Assembly: GCA_027306885.1 (NCBI GenBank)
Contig: DAHUYV010000161.1
Location: forward strand, 238-64,237
Direction of reading: 5' to 3'
Length of the DNA stretch: 64,000 bases
From: Candidatus Dormiibacterota bacterium
GTDB lineage: Bacteria > Chloroflexota > Dormibacteria > Aeolococcales > Bog-877
Made by a program: the position numbers and the translations under genes. The notes under the pieces are model-generated. The model was not told the DNA's origin. It searched no databases and saw only the letters and a list, made by a program, of their open reading frames with translations. Every line of letters begins with the position of its first letter. Within the stretch, counting starts at the first letter, position 1. Below, piece after piece: positions 22,690-32,841 of this stretch.

Positions 22690-24357
22690 TCAGGCCGAGC
22701 CGCGGTCGTAGACGAAGGCGCCGCCGACCATGGTCAGCTCCACCCGGGCCTCGGGCAGCCGTTCCACCTCCAGCCGGAACGGGTCCTGGTCGAGCACCAC
22801 CAGGTCGGCTCTCTTGCCCGGTGCCAGGTTGCCGCTCTGCGACTCCAGATGGTTGACGAACGCCGAGCCGGCGGTGAAGGCGGTGAGGGCGCTGGCCAGC
22901 GGGATGGCCTGCCCGGGCAGGAAGGCGGGATACGTGGTGTGCCCACCGCGAGTGGACAGCGGCATCGCCCGGCTGGCCGCGACCGCGATCTCCTCCAGTG
23001 GGTTGGCGGTGGACACCGGCCAGTCAGAGCCCGCGGCCAGCACCGCCCCACGATCCAGGAGGCTGCGAAAGGGGTATTGCTGCAGGGTGCGCTCCGGCCC
23101 GAGGAAGGGGACCGTCAGCTCGTCCATCTGGGGTTCGTGGCAGGCCCAGAAGGGTTGCATGTTGGCCACCACTCCAAGCTCATGGAACCGGCCCAGGTCA
23201 TCGGGGTGGATTAGCTGGATGTGGGCGATGTGATGGCGCCGGTCACCGCCGGTGCCCCCGCCGGTGGCCCGGGCGGCCTGGACGGCGTCCAGCCCAACCC
23301 GGACGGCTCGGTCGCCGATGGCGTGAAAGTGGAGCTGGAAGCCTTGTCGGTCGAGTTCCGCGACGGCGGCGGCGGCTAGGTCGGGCTCGAGGAACAGGTG
23401 GCCCGACCCCCGGGCGCCGCCGGGCCCGGGCTCCGCTGGGTCGTTGTAGGGGAGGAGCAGGGAGGCGGTGAAGGTCTCCATCACCCCGTCCAGCATGATC
23501 TTGACGCTGGAGGCGTCCAGACCGCCGGCCGCCAGCCCGGACCGGCGTCGCACCAGCTCCTCGATCTGTTCCAGCCCCCGGTCGCGCTCCCACCAGAGCG
23601 CGAGTCGGACTCGGGCGGTCAGCTCCCCGGCCGCGGCGAGTCGGAGGTAGGCCCGCTCTGCTGCGGCGTCCACCATGGCGTCCTGCCAGCCCACGATGCC
23701 GAGGCTGTGCAGGTGGGCCTGGGCCTGACCCAAGGCGGCGGCCAGTTCGTCGTCGGAGGGGCGGGGCACCAGCGCCTCCACCAGCTCCATAGCCGCCTCA
23801 TGCAGAGTGCCCTGGGCGGTGCCGTCCGCCGCCCGCTCGATGCGGCCGTGGGGAGGATCTGAGCCTGGTCGATCGATCCCCGCTAGGGCGAGGGCGGCGC
23901 TGTTCACCCAGGCGCTGTGTCCGTCGCGGTTCACCAGGAAGGCCGGCCGGGGGCCGGTCACCGAGTCGAGCAGCTCGCGCCCGGGGATCCCGCCGGGGAA
24001 GGTCTCCATGGACCAGCCCTTGCCCACCACCCATCCGGGACCCGGATGCGCCTGCATGAAGACACGGACCCGGCCCTGGCAGGCGGCCACGCTCTGAGCC
24101 CCCTCCAGGTCGCAGCTGCGTTGCTGCGCCCCTCCGCTCAGCGGGTGGCAGTGCGCGTCGTGGAACCCCGGCACAACCGTCCGGCCCCGCAGGTCGAAGG
24201 GCTGGAGCGACGCACCCACCTCTGCCCGGACCTTGGCCAGAGGCCCGACGGCCGCGACCCTCCCGTCGCGAACCGCCAGCGCCTCGGCCCAGGGCTGGTC
24301 CGGCCACCCGGTCCAAATGGGCCCACCCGTCACGAGCAGGTCCCTCTGCTGGCCCAA
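22690..24357 (-). CDS. Metal-dependent amidohydrolase (Amidohydro_3-like)
   Basis: 555 aa: DLLVTGGPIWTG…, PGFHDAHCHPLSGG (His-x-His metal site), and downstream HFHAIGDRA. Confidence 0.8.
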   Translation of the reverse strand: MGQQRDLLVTGGPIWTGWPDQPWAEALAVRDGRVAAVGPLAKVRAEVGASLQPFDLRGRTVVPGFHDAHCHPLSGGAQQRSCDLEGAQSVAACQGRVRVFMQAHPGPGWVVGKGWSMETFPGGIPGRELLDSVTGPRPAFLVNRDGHSAWVNSAALALAGIDRPGSDPPHGRIERAADGTAQGTLHEAAMELVEALVPRPSDDELAAALGQAQAHLHSLGIVGWQDAMVDAAAERAYLRLAAAGELTARVRLALWWERDRGLEQIEELVRRRSGLAAGGLDASSVKIMLDGVMETFTASLLLPYNDPAEPGPGGARGSGHLFLEPDLAAAAVAELDRQGFQLHFHAIGDRAVRVGLDAVQAARATGGGTGGDRRHHIAHIQLIHPDDLGRFHELGVVANMQPFWACHEPQMDELTVPFLGPERTLQQYPFRSLLDRGAVLAAGSDWPVSTANPLEEIAVAASRAMPLSTRGGHTTYPAFLPGQAIPLASALTAFTAGSAFVNHLESQSGNLAPGKRADLVVLDQDPFRLEVERLPEARVELTMVGGAFVYDRGSA

Positions 24358-24372
24358 AGTGGCTGTTCTACG

Positions 24373-26271
24373 CTACTTGACGAAGTACCAGCTCGACGGG
24401 TGGTAGTTGGCGTACGGATTGAGCGGGTACCAGCCCCTCAGGGTGTTCTTGGCCACCACGATCTCGTAGTCGGCAAGGGGCCACCACAGGGAGGCCTCAT
24501 TGGTGGAGAGGTAGTTCTCCACCGCGTAGAGGGGGGCGAGCCCTGATTGGGTGTGAGCGGCGGCGATCAGCTGCGCGGCCTGGCTGGAGCTGTATCCCCC
24601 CGCCCAGTAGTTGCCCTGGCCGAACTGGTTGCCGCCCACCGGCAGGATCTCGTACTGGCCGAAGTCCCACATGAAGCCGCTGTAGGCCAGCAGGCCCCAG
24701 TTGCAGGGGGGCGACGACGGGCACACCCCGCCGATCGAGAACATCGTGGTCTCGGTCTGGCCGTCGAGGTTGATACCAATCCCCGCCGACTTGGCAGCGG
24801 TGGCAAAAGCCTCCACCTGAGCGAGGAAGCTGGGGGTGCCGGTCGAGTACATGAAGAGGAAGCTGAGCTGCTTGCCCTTGGCGATCCCCGCCCCGCACTG
24901 ATTGCTGCCGGTCCCGGGCCGCTGGCAGACATCCACGCCGGAGGAGCCCTGGGCCCAGCCGTGAGCCGCGAGCAGCTGCTTGGCGGAAGTGACGCTGTAC
25001 GGGTAGGGGTCCGACTGGGTCTGCGGGCTGACGTAGTTGGAGTTGGGGTAGTTGGCGGCCGGCCCGTAGTCGGGTATCCCGAATCCGTGCAGGGTCTGCT
25101 TGATGTAGAGCGGCTCGTTGATGAGGTGCTGAAGCGCCTGGCGGATGTACAGCTGCTTCACCAGGGGACCCCAGGTCTTGCTGGTGTAGCCGAGCTCGAC
25201 GGTCTCGTTGTAGAAGACCGGCCAGGGGGTGACGGTGTAGCCGTGCTGCTTGAAGTAGGTGGCCAGTGAGAGATCGGTGAAGGGCAGGAAGCCGAAGGTG
25301 ACCGCGCCCGACCTCAGAGCGTTCACCTCGGACGTGTCCGACGGGAAGCTGTAGATCTCGTACCCGCTGAGGGTTGGCTTACCGGGACCGGTGTAGTGGC
25401 TGTTGGCTGAGAAGTTGGCAGTGTAGGTGGTGGGATCGAACGACTTGATGACCCAGGGGCCGTCGACCACCTTCCACAGCGGGTTCGAGCCGTAGGTGCT
25501 CAGCTTCTCCGACTGCCCGTAGAGGAAGTTGAACACCGCCTTGGCGCCGGCACTGGTGGCGGCGGCGTCCCCGGCGGCGCAGGTGAGGCAGGTCCGGTCC
25601 CAGGACTGCTGGGGCAGCGGGTAGATCCAGGGGAGCTGGTTGTTGGTGAACCAGTCGGGGTTGTAGGCCTTATCGAGGTTCAAAGTGAACTGGTAGGGAC
25701 TGTTGTAGGTGACGCTGGTGACGTCGTCGGGCATCTCCCCGGGGATGTAGGCACCGTCCTTGTTCTTGCCAGCCGCGAGGAGCTGGAAGAAGAAATGAAC
25801 ATCAGCTGTGGTCACCGGGGAGCCGTCAGACCAGCTGTAGCCCTGCTTCATGGTGACGGTGACGGTCCGGTTCCCGTTGGAGTAGACGGGGGGGTTGGCC
25901 AGCGAGAGCTGGTAGTTGATGCCCGTCTGGCCCGGGCCCCCGGCGAAGTAGAGGGGCCGCCACATCCCATCTTCGACGTTGGAGTCCCAGTCCTCGTAGT
26001 TGGCCTGGTTCTCGATGGGGAAGATCCACGAGAAGTCCTCCCCGATGGGCAGGGCGTAGCTGGCCACCCCGCCCGGGAGCGGAGTTCCCCCGGTGGCGGG
26101 GGTCTGAGCGATGTTGGTGGGTATCGGCGCTGGGGTCGATGATCCGCCGCAGGCCGCCATCAGGATTCCCAGGCCGGCGAGCAGGGCCGCCGCCCCAGCC
26201 GGCCGGCGGCCCGACCGCCGCCCCACCCCGGTTGCGGGCTGAGAAACGCTGGTTCGCGGGGACCTGGTCAT
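24373..26271 (-). CDS. ABC transporter substrate-binding lipoprotein, family 5 (peptide/opine type)
   Basis: Signal peptide with lipobox (…AALLAGLGILMAACGGSS) and a large SBP_bac_5-like body. Inner ATG chosen. Confidence 0.8.
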   Translation of the reverse strand: MTRSPRTSVSQPATGVGRRSGRRPAGAAALLAGLGILMAACGGSSTPAPIPTNIAQTPATGGTPLPGGVASYALPIGEDFSWIFPIENQANYEDWDSNVEDGMWRPLYFAGGPGQTGINYQLSLANPPVYSNGNRTVTVTMKQGYSWSDGSPVTTADVHFFFQLLAAGKNKDGAYIPGEMPDDVTSVTYNSPYQFTLNLDKAYNPDWFTNNQLPWIYPLPQQSWDRTCLTCAAGDAAATSAGAKAVFNFLYGQSEKLSTYGSNPLWKVVDGPWVIKSFDPTTYTANFSANSHYTGPGKPTLSGYEIYSFPSDTSEVNALRSGAVTFGFLPFTDLSLATYFKQHGYTVTPWPVFYNETVELGYTSKTWGPLVKQLYIRQALQHLINEPLYIKQTLHGFGIPDYGPAANYPNSNYVSPQTQSDPYPYSVTSAKQLLAAHGWAQGSSGVDVCQRPGTGSNQCGAGIAKGKQLSFLFMYSTGTPSFLAQVEAFATAAKSAGIGINLDGQTETTMFSIGGVCPSSPPCNWGLLAYSGFMWDFGQYEILPVGGNQFGQGNYWAGGYSSSQAAQLIAAAHTQSGLAPLYAVENYLSTNEASLWWPLADYEIVVAKNTLRGWYPLNPYANYHPSSWYFVK

Positions 26272-26568
26272 CGGCTTAACCTCATGAAATGTCGGACGGG
26301 AACCGGCGGTCAGCGGAGCGCTGCGGACGACCCCTGAGCCCAAGGCGGAAATGGAGTTGACGAGAGAGACCTCGCTCGTCGCGGAGCCGGGCCGACCGAG
26401 TCCGACGTCCCCTTACGATGCAACTCATCCCTCCCGCGCCCCCTGGCACTCTACGGTGGTACCGACTGTAGGTACGGAGCCGGTCACGGTCCATGTTGGG
26501 AGTCCGCAAATCTCTAGGCTGCGATTTGTACGCCGGTCACAATCCACGACGGCTGCGCTCCCGGCCGG

Positions 26569-27954
26569 TCAGTGGGCCGCCAGCCGCTCGGCCAGGGTGC
26601 GCCCGCTCGGTGGCCGTCCACCTTGTGCCGCCCGTTGGTCGAGGCGGGAGAGCTGAGACTGCACGTAGCGGACGCCCAGCCAGCGCAGCGGCTCGGGTTC
26701 CCAGGACGGTGACCGGTGGCCAACGATCGGCAAGCTGGTGCGCTCCGTCTGCCGATCCGTGACCAGCTCGGCAAGGGTGCGGCCGGCAAGGCAGCTGGTG
26801 GCCACCCCGTGGCCGGTGTAACCGAAGGCCAGGCCGAGCCCGCTCCGCCGGTCCAGGCGAACCTGGGGAATCCAGTCCCTGGGCATCGCCAGGACCCCTC
26901 CCCAGGAGTGCGTGAACGACAGGCCCGCGAGAGGGGGAAACCACTCCCGGAACATCTCCCGCAGGCCCCGGTGGGTCAGGGAGTGCCCCTCCGCCCCGGC
27001 CTCGATCGCCGAGCCGAAGTGGTAAGGAGCCCCCCTGCCCCCCACCAGAATTCGCCGGTCAGGCGTGAGCGCCAAGTAGTCGACGGTGAGGCGCATGGAG
27101 GACACGCAAAGGCGCTGCCGCCAGTTGACGCTTTCCAGCTGGGCCTCGGTGAGCGGCTCGGTCAGGTCGATCAGCGAGTAGATGGGAAGGACGCTGCGGT
27201 GCCAATCCGGCATCTCGGTCAAGTAGGCCTCGAGAGCCGGCACCACCACCTCGGCGGAGACCTTGCCGAAGGGGGTGGTCGCCGCGGGCTGGCGGCCGGT
27301 GACCACGGCGGTCACGGGGGTCCCCTCGTAGATTCGCCCTCCAAGGCGCTCGACAGCGGCCGCGAGCCCGACCACCAAGCGGCCGGGATGGACCGAGGCG
27401 CCGTTGGGGGAGAAGATCGCTCCCTCGAGTTCGGCCACATCGAGCACGCCTCGGGCCTCTCCGGTCGAGAGCATCCGGTAGGCATCGCCCAGGCCGGCTT
27501 CCTCGTACTCCCGGTGGGCGCTTCGCAGCGCCGGGAGCTGGCCCCGGCCGCGCGCCACCAGCATCATGCCGCCCTTTTCGAAGCCCCCGATGACCTCCCG
27601 TTCGCAGGTCCTGCCGATCTCGTCCACCGAATCGCACATCGCCCGGTAGAGATCGAGGGCGCGTCCCCGGCCGAACCGGCGGGCCAGGAGGCCCGGGCCG
27701 GCGTTGAGCTCGGGCACACACCAGCTGCCGTTGCGCCCCGAGGCTCCGAACCCCACCGTCTCCCGTTCCAGCACCGCGACCTTGAGCCCGGGTTGGATGC
27801 GCAGCAGGTGGTAGGCGGTCCAGAGGCCGGTGAAGCCGGCGCCGACGATGACCACATCGACCCGCGTCGACCCGGGAAGAGGGGGCCGCGCCAGGTGGGG
27901 CTCAGCGTCCTCCATCCAGAATCCCGGGGCCCGACGAGGCAATCCATCCGCCAT
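26569..27954 (-). CDS. FAD-dependent oxidoreductase (DAO family; gamma-glutamylputrescine oxidase PuuB/OrdL-like)
   Basis: Dinucleotide-binding VDVVIVGAGFTGLWTAYHL plus a C-terminal DAO-like region. Inner ATG (MADGLPRR…) chosen. Confidence 0.75.
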   Translation of the reverse strand: MADGLPRRAPGFWMEDAEPHLARPPLPGSTRVDVVIVGAGFTGLWTAYHLLRIQPGLKVAVLERETVGFGASGRNGSWCVPELNAGPGLLARRFGRGRALDLYRAMCDSVDEIGRTCEREVIGGFEKGGMMLVARGRGQLPALRSAHREYEEAGLGDAYRMLSTGEARGVLDVAELEGAIFSPNGASVHPGRLVVGLAAAVERLGGRIYEGTPVTAVVTGRQPAATTPFGKVSAEVVVPALEAYLTEMPDWHRSVLPIYSLIDLTEPLTEAQLESVNWRQRLCVSSMRLTVDYLALTPDRRILVGGRGAPYHFGSAIEAGAEGHSLTHRGLREMFREWFPPLAGLSFTHSWGGVLAMPRDWIPQVRLDRRSGLGLAFGYTGHGVATSCLAGRTLAELVTDRQTERTSLPIVGHRSPSWEPEPLRWLGVRYVQSQLSRLDQRAAQGGRPPSGRTLAERLAAH

Positions 27955-28309
27955 CGCCGGCGATGATAGCCGCCTGACATCCCCGGGGCACATTGGGCGC
28001 CGTCCACAAGCGGCGCTGCCAAATGTGGTGCTGACCAACATGGCTCGCGGCCGCTCTCGGGCTTAGAGTTGGTGTTCATGAGCCTGATTGGTGTGCCGCC
28101 GGCGTGGTCTGAGGACGCTGGCGGGGCGGAGGCCGGCCACCCGACGATCGCGGCCAGGTGCCGACCGGTCGCGCCGACCTGAGGCGACATTTCGGGAAGG
28201 CCGTCCGGGGGCCGGCGGGCCCCAGGACGTCGCCATGCTGGTCCCGCCATTACAACTGTCGAGTCGCCCGCCGTCACCGGTCTCAGGTGGCGGCAGTTGG
28301 AGTCAAGCC

Positions 28310-29680
28310 ATGAACACCGCAAACGAGGCCCTGTCGGCGGAGCGCGTTGCCGAGCTCACCGCCCGCGAGGAGCAGGATTTTCGCCGTCGCCAGCGGCGAT
28401 CGCAGCAGCTGGTGGAGCAGGCCCGCCGGCACAGTCCGGGCGGCGTCCCCTCTTCGTTCCAGGACAGCCCGCCGTACCCGATATTTGTGGACCGGGGGAA
28501 GGGTAGCCGGGTCTGGGACGCTGACGGCAACGAGTACGTGGACTTCCACAACGGCTTCGGCGTCAATGTGGTCGGCCACGCCCACCCGGCGGTGGTGGCG
28601 GCGATCACCCGGCGGGCCGCCCTGGGCACCCACTTCGCCCAGCCTGGGGAGGACTTCATAGCAGTCGCGGAGGAGCTCTCCCGGCGTTTCGAGCAGCCCC
28701 AGTGGCGCTTCACCAACAGCGGCACGGAGTCGACGTTGGACGCCGTCCGGATGGCCCGAGGGTTCACCGGCCGGGAGCGGGTGGTGAAGATCGAAGCCAC
28801 CTACCACGGCCACCACGACTCCCTCATGGTCTCGGTCGAGCCCGACCCCGACCTGATGGGCCCGGCGGAGTCCCCGAACTCAGTGCCGCAGTCCGAGGGG
28901 ATCCCCGGGGCGGTCGTGGAACTGGTCTCGGTCGTTCCCTTCAACGACCTGGAGGCCACGGAGCGGGCCTTCGCCCGGCATCCTGGGGAGATCGCCTGCA
29001 TCATCGTTGAGCCGGCCATGATGAATGTGGGGATGGTGCTTCCCGACCCCGGGTACCTGCAGGGCCTGCGCGACATCGCCCATGCCCATGGAGCGGTCTT
29101 GATCTTCGATGAGGTCAAGACCGGGGTCACCTTGGCTCCCGGCGGGGCGACCGAGAGCTTCGCTGTCGTTCCCGACATCGTCTGCCTGGCCAAGGCGATC
29201 GGAGGCGGGCTGCCCTGCGGGGCGGTGGGGGCGAGGGCGGACGTGATGGAGCTGGTGGCCGAGGGGCGGGTGAGCCAGATGGGCACATTCAACGGCAACG
29301 CCATGACCATGGCCGCCGCCCGGGCGACCCTGTTCGAGGTACTCACCCCGTTGGCCTACGCCCACTTTGATGCCCTGCACGAGGTGCTCCGGGGGGGGCT
29401 GGAGGGCGTGATCCGGGAGCACGATCTTCCCTTCCACGTGGTGTCGGTGGGGGCGCGGGGGTGCGTCACCTACCGGCGCGAGCCGGTGCGCAACTACCGG
29501 GACTACCTGCAGATCGACAAGTCCTATGCCTACCTCTCCTGGCTCTACCAGTCAAACCGTGGGGTCCTCATGGCTCCGGGAGCGGAGGAGAACTGGACCC
29601 TCTCGGTCCAGCATTCCGAGGAGGACGTGCAGCGCTACGTGGACAACTTCGAGGCGATGGCCAACGCGCTCAGGGCCTGA
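28310..29680 (+). CDS. Class-III (omega) aminotransferase, glutamate-1-semialdehyde aminomutase-like
   Basis: PYPIFVDRGKGSRVWDADGNEYVDFHNGFGVNVVGHAHPAVV…; PLP-lysine context FDEVKTG. Inner ATG (MNTANEAL…) chosen. Confidence 0.85.
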   Translation: MNTANEALSAERVAELTAREEQDFRRRQRRSQQLVEQARRHSPGGVPSSFQDSPPYPIFVDRGKGSRVWDADGNEYVDFHNGFGVNVVGHAHPAVVAAITRRAALGTHFAQPGEDFIAVAEELSRRFEQPQWRFTNSGTESTLDAVRMARGFTGRERVVKIEATYHGHHDSLMVSVEPDPDLMGPAESPNSVPQSEGIPGAVVELVSVVPFNDLEATERAFARHPGEIACIIVEPAMMNVGMVLPDPGYLQGLRDIAHAHGAVLIFDEVKTGVTLAPGGATESFAVVPDIVCLAKAIGGGLPCGAVGARADVMELVAEGRVSQMGTFNGNAMTMAAARATLFEVLTPLAYAHFDALHEVLRGGLEGVIREHDLPFHVVSVGARGCVTYRREPVRNYRDYLQIDKSYAYLSWLYQSNRGVLMAPGAEENWTLSVQHSEEDVQRYVDNFEAMANALRA

Positions 29681-29687
29681 CCGGGGG

Positions 29688-29721
29688 TACCAGCGCCGGG
29701 GCCGAGGTCCGGGCGCTGGTA
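29688..29721 (+). terminator. 10-bp stem hairpin downstream of the aminotransferase
   Basis: TACCAGCGCC-(14 nt)-GGCGCTGGTA, 8 nt after the stop codon. Confidence 0.35.
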
Positions 29722-29809
29722 TGATCCGGCCCCTTCGGGGGATGCGAGGTGTGGCAAGTGCTTCTCGGCGGGCGATGGAGCGTGGGCGCCGCTCTGCGAG
29801 GTCGGTGAG

Positions 29810-31450
29810 ATGACCGAGGTTGCGAACCACCGCGCCGCCCCAGGGGCGATGACCCTGGCGCGGGCGCTGGCTCAGGAGCCCCTGTCCCGTGCGGAGGTGG
29901 TCGCCGGGGCCCACCGTCTGGACCGCGAGGTCCGCTGGGTGGATGTCGTCGACATCCCCGACCCGCTCCCCTGGGTCGGACCGGGGCAGCTCCTCCTGAC
30001 CACCGGGATCAGCTGGCCGCGACCCGAGGCAGAGCAGCGGCGCCTGGTCAGGGAGTTGGCCGAGCGGGGCCTGGCCGGGGTGGCGCTGGCGGTTCCTCAG
30101 TACCTGGCGCACTTCCCGTCCGCAGCGTTGACGGAGGCAGACGCGGTGGGCCTTCCGCTGGTGGAGCTGCCCTGGGAGGTGCCCTTCAACACGGTGACCC
30201 GGGCGGTCAACTCGGCGATCATGCTCGAGCAGCTGAGGGTGATCGAACAGGCGGCGGTCATCCACAAGGAGCTGACCCAGGCGGCGGCGACCGCGGGCAG
30301 CCTTCAGGATCTGGCCGACACCCTGGGGGGGCTGATCGACCGGGACATCACTTTCGAAGATCCCGAAGGGAAGCTCCTGGCCAGCTGGAGCGTTTCCAGT
30401 GAGCCGGACGCCGTGCGGCGGGCCACCCTCGACGGAGGGCGGACCCCTGCCGCGGTCCTTCGTCACCTGGAGAGCGCCGGGTATCTGCAGCGGATCCGCC
30501 ACAGCACCGGACCGGTACGGATTCCCGCCGAGGCCGAGCTGTCGTTGGCGGGCCGGGTGGTCTGCCCGATCTGGCTGCACGGGGAGCTGGTGGGAACGGT
30601 GTGGATCGTGGAGGGGGAGAAGGAGCTCAGCGACCTCCACCTCCGCGCCGCGGAGCACGCGGCCACCGTGGCCGCACTGCATGTGGCCAGCCAGCGCCAG
30701 GTGGCGATGGTCGAACTGCGCCTGGGGGCGACATTCCTGGATGCCCTCCTGGAGGGGCGGCTCGAGGCGGGCGCCTACAGTCAGGAGCGCGCTCGCCTTC
30801 TGGGCTTTGACCCGGACGCGAGCTACCGGGTCGGGGTGGTGTCGCTGCCGCTCGGGCTCCCTTTGAGCCGTGAGGACGTGGTCCGGAGGGACAAGGTGGC
30901 GGAGGGGATCCGCCAGCGCCTGTCCGTCCGGGGCGGCGTGGCGGTGACATCGACCCGGCTGAATCGCGTGGTCTTCCTCCTTCCCAGTCGGCCCGGAGCT
31001 GGGGTGGCGTTCTCGGCGGTCGCCGGGTGCGGGGTGGCGCTGGGGCGGGAGCACTCGGGAAACGAGGGGGTGCGGCGCAGCTACCAGGAGGCCCTGGCGA
31101 TCGTGGACCAGGTCCCTAGTGGGGAGGTGCGCCTCTACGAGGAGAGGCTGATCGAGCGGGTCCTGCGCGGAGACTCCGAGGCTCGCCAGGCGTTCCTGCA
31201 GCAGGTCTTCGGCCCCCTCGAGGCAGTCCGGGGCGGGCGGGTGCTGGTGGCCAGCCTGGTGGCCCTGTCCGAGGATGGGTTCCAGCAGCGCCGGACCGCT
31301 GCCCGTCTGCACATCCACCCCAACACCCTGCGCTATCGGCTCGACCGTGCCGGGGACATCCTGAAGGTGGACCTGAACGGGCCCGAGGTGCGCTTCCAGA
31401 TCCAGCTCGCCGCTCGTCTGATGTCACTCGGGGACAATCCGCAAGGGTGA
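29810..31450 (+). CDS. PucR-family transcriptional regulator
   Basis: PucR N-terminal domain pattern and a C-terminal HTH (…AARLHIHPNTLRYRLDRAGDIL). Confidence 0.75.
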   Translation: MTEVANHRAAPGAMTLARALAQEPLSRAEVVAGAHRLDREVRWVDVVDIPDPLPWVGPGQLLLTTGISWPRPEAEQRRLVRELAERGLAGVALAVPQYLAHFPSAALTEADAVGLPLVELPWEVPFNTVTRAVNSAIMLEQLRVIEQAAVIHKELTQAAATAGSLQDLADTLGGLIDRDITFEDPEGKLLASWSVSSEPDAVRRATLDGGRTPAAVLRHLESAGYLQRIRHSTGPVRIPAEAELSLAGRVVCPIWLHGELVGTVWIVEGEKELSDLHLRAAEHAATVAALHVASQRQVAMVELRLGATFLDALLEGRLEAGAYSQERARLLGFDPDASYRVGVVSLPLGLPLSREDVVRRDKVAEGIRQRLSVRGGVAVTSTRLNRVVFLLPSRPGAGVAFSAVAGCGVALGREHSGNEGVRRSYQEALAIVDQVPSGEVRLYEERLIERVLRGDSEARQAFLQQVFGPLEAVRGGRVLVASLVALSEDGFQQRRTAARLHIHPNTLRYRLDRAGDILKVDLNGPEVRFQIQLAARLMSLGDNPQG

Positions 31451-31504
31451 GTTTTTGGTCTGAGCCACATACCGGACCGGCGGCGCGCCCGGTATCGTCG
31501 ATCC

Positions 31505-32812
31505 TTGTTGGACGCGACCTCTCCCCCGCTGGGGCCCCATCTGGATGACGCGGCGACCCGGTTCCTCCCCCGAGCCATGGTCCCGGCCCACCCCATCGTG
31601 GTGGACCGCGCCGCCGGGGCGCGAGTGTGGGACGTGGCGGGACGGGAGTTCATCGACTTCGTCGGGGGGATCGGCGTTCTCAACGTGGGGCACGGGCACC
31701 CCGCGGTGGTGTCGGCCGCCCACCGGCAGCTGGACCGGCTCGTCCACACCTCCTTTCAGGTGGCCGCCTACGAGCCCTACCTGCAGGTGGTGGAGCGCCT
31801 GTCGCGACTGGCCCCCGGCCCCCACCCCAAGAAGGCGGTGCTCTTCAACTCCGGAGCCGAGGCCGTCGAGAACGCGGTCAAGATCGCTCGGGTGTACACC
31901 CGCCGCCCGGCGGTGATCTCCTTTGCTGGGGCGTTCCACGGCCGCACCCTGCTCACCCTCAGCCTCACCGGCACCGATCGCCCCTACAAGGAGGGGTTCG
32001 GTCCGTTCGTCGAGGAGGTCCATCGCTCGCCCTACCCGTACGAGTACCGGGGGTGGGACGCCGAGCGCGCCCTGGCGGCCCTGGAGGCCCGGCTGGCGGG
32101 GCCGGTCTCGCCTCAGACGGTGGCGGCGATCGTGGTGGAGCCGGTCCTTGGGGAGGGCGGGTTCGTCCCGGCCCCGGCCGCTTTCATTCGGGGGCTGAGG
32201 GAGATCTGCGACCGCCACGGCATGGTGATGGTGGTGGACGAGGTCCAGAGCGGCATGGGCCGGACCGGGCTCCCCTTCGCGGTCGAGCACTCCGGAGTGG
32301 AGCCGGACCTGATCACAGTCGCCAAGAGCCTGGCCGGCGGCCTGCCGCTTTCGGCTGTCGTCGGTCGCGCGGCGATCATGGACGCGCCCGAACCGGGGAG
32401 CTTGGGGGGCACCTTCGGCGGGAACCCGGTGTCCTGCGCCGCGGCCCTGGCCGTCCTGGACCTGATCGAGGATGGAGCCCTCCTGGCGCGGGCCCGGGTG
32501 GTGGCCTCGATCTTGGAGGAGCGCCTCACCGACTGGCGGAACCGGTACAAGGTGGTGGGGGATGTCCGCTGGCTCGGGGCGATGGCAGGCGTGGAGCTGG
32601 TCCGCGACCGCGACACCAAGGAGCCGGCCGGCGGGGCGGCGGCCAGGGTCGTCGAGGGCTGTAGAGAGCAGGGGCTGCTGCTGCTGCGCGCCGGCCCGGA
32701 CCACAACGTCCTGCGTGCCCTCATGCCCCTCAACATCGAGGAGGATCTACTCCTCCGGGGGCTGGACATCCTGGATGGGCAGCTGGCTCTGGTCGACAGC
32801 TCCCAGGCATAG
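31505..32812 (+). CDS. gabT: 4-aminobutyrate aminotransferase-like class-III aminotransferase
   Basis: [39 protein letters not shown]…, [11 protein letters not shown], and [13 protein letters not shown] (PLP lysine). Confidence 0.8.
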   Translation: MLDATSPPLGPHLDDAATRFLPRAMVPAHPIVVDRAAGARVWDVAGREFIDFVGGIGVLNVGHGHPAVVSAAHRQLDRLVHTSFQVAAYEPYLQVVERLSRLAPGPHPKKAVLFNSGAEAVENAVKIARVYTRRPAVISFAGAFHGRTLLTLSLTGTDRPYKEGFGPFVEEVHRSPYPYEYRGWDAERALAALEARLAGPVSPQTVAAIVVEPVLGEGGFVPAPAAFIRGLREICDRHGMVMVVDEVQSGMGRTGLPFAVEHSGVEPDLITVAKSLAGGLPLSAVVGRAAIMDAPEPGSLGGTFGGNPVSCAAALAVLDLIEDGALLARARVVASILEERLTDWRNRYKVVGDVRWLGAMAGVELVRDRDTKEPAGGAAARVVEGCREQGLLLLRAGPDHNVLRALMPLNIEEDLLLRGLDILDGQLALVDSSQA

Positions 32813-32841
32813 GCGCGACCTCAAGCGACAGACAAGGGGGC

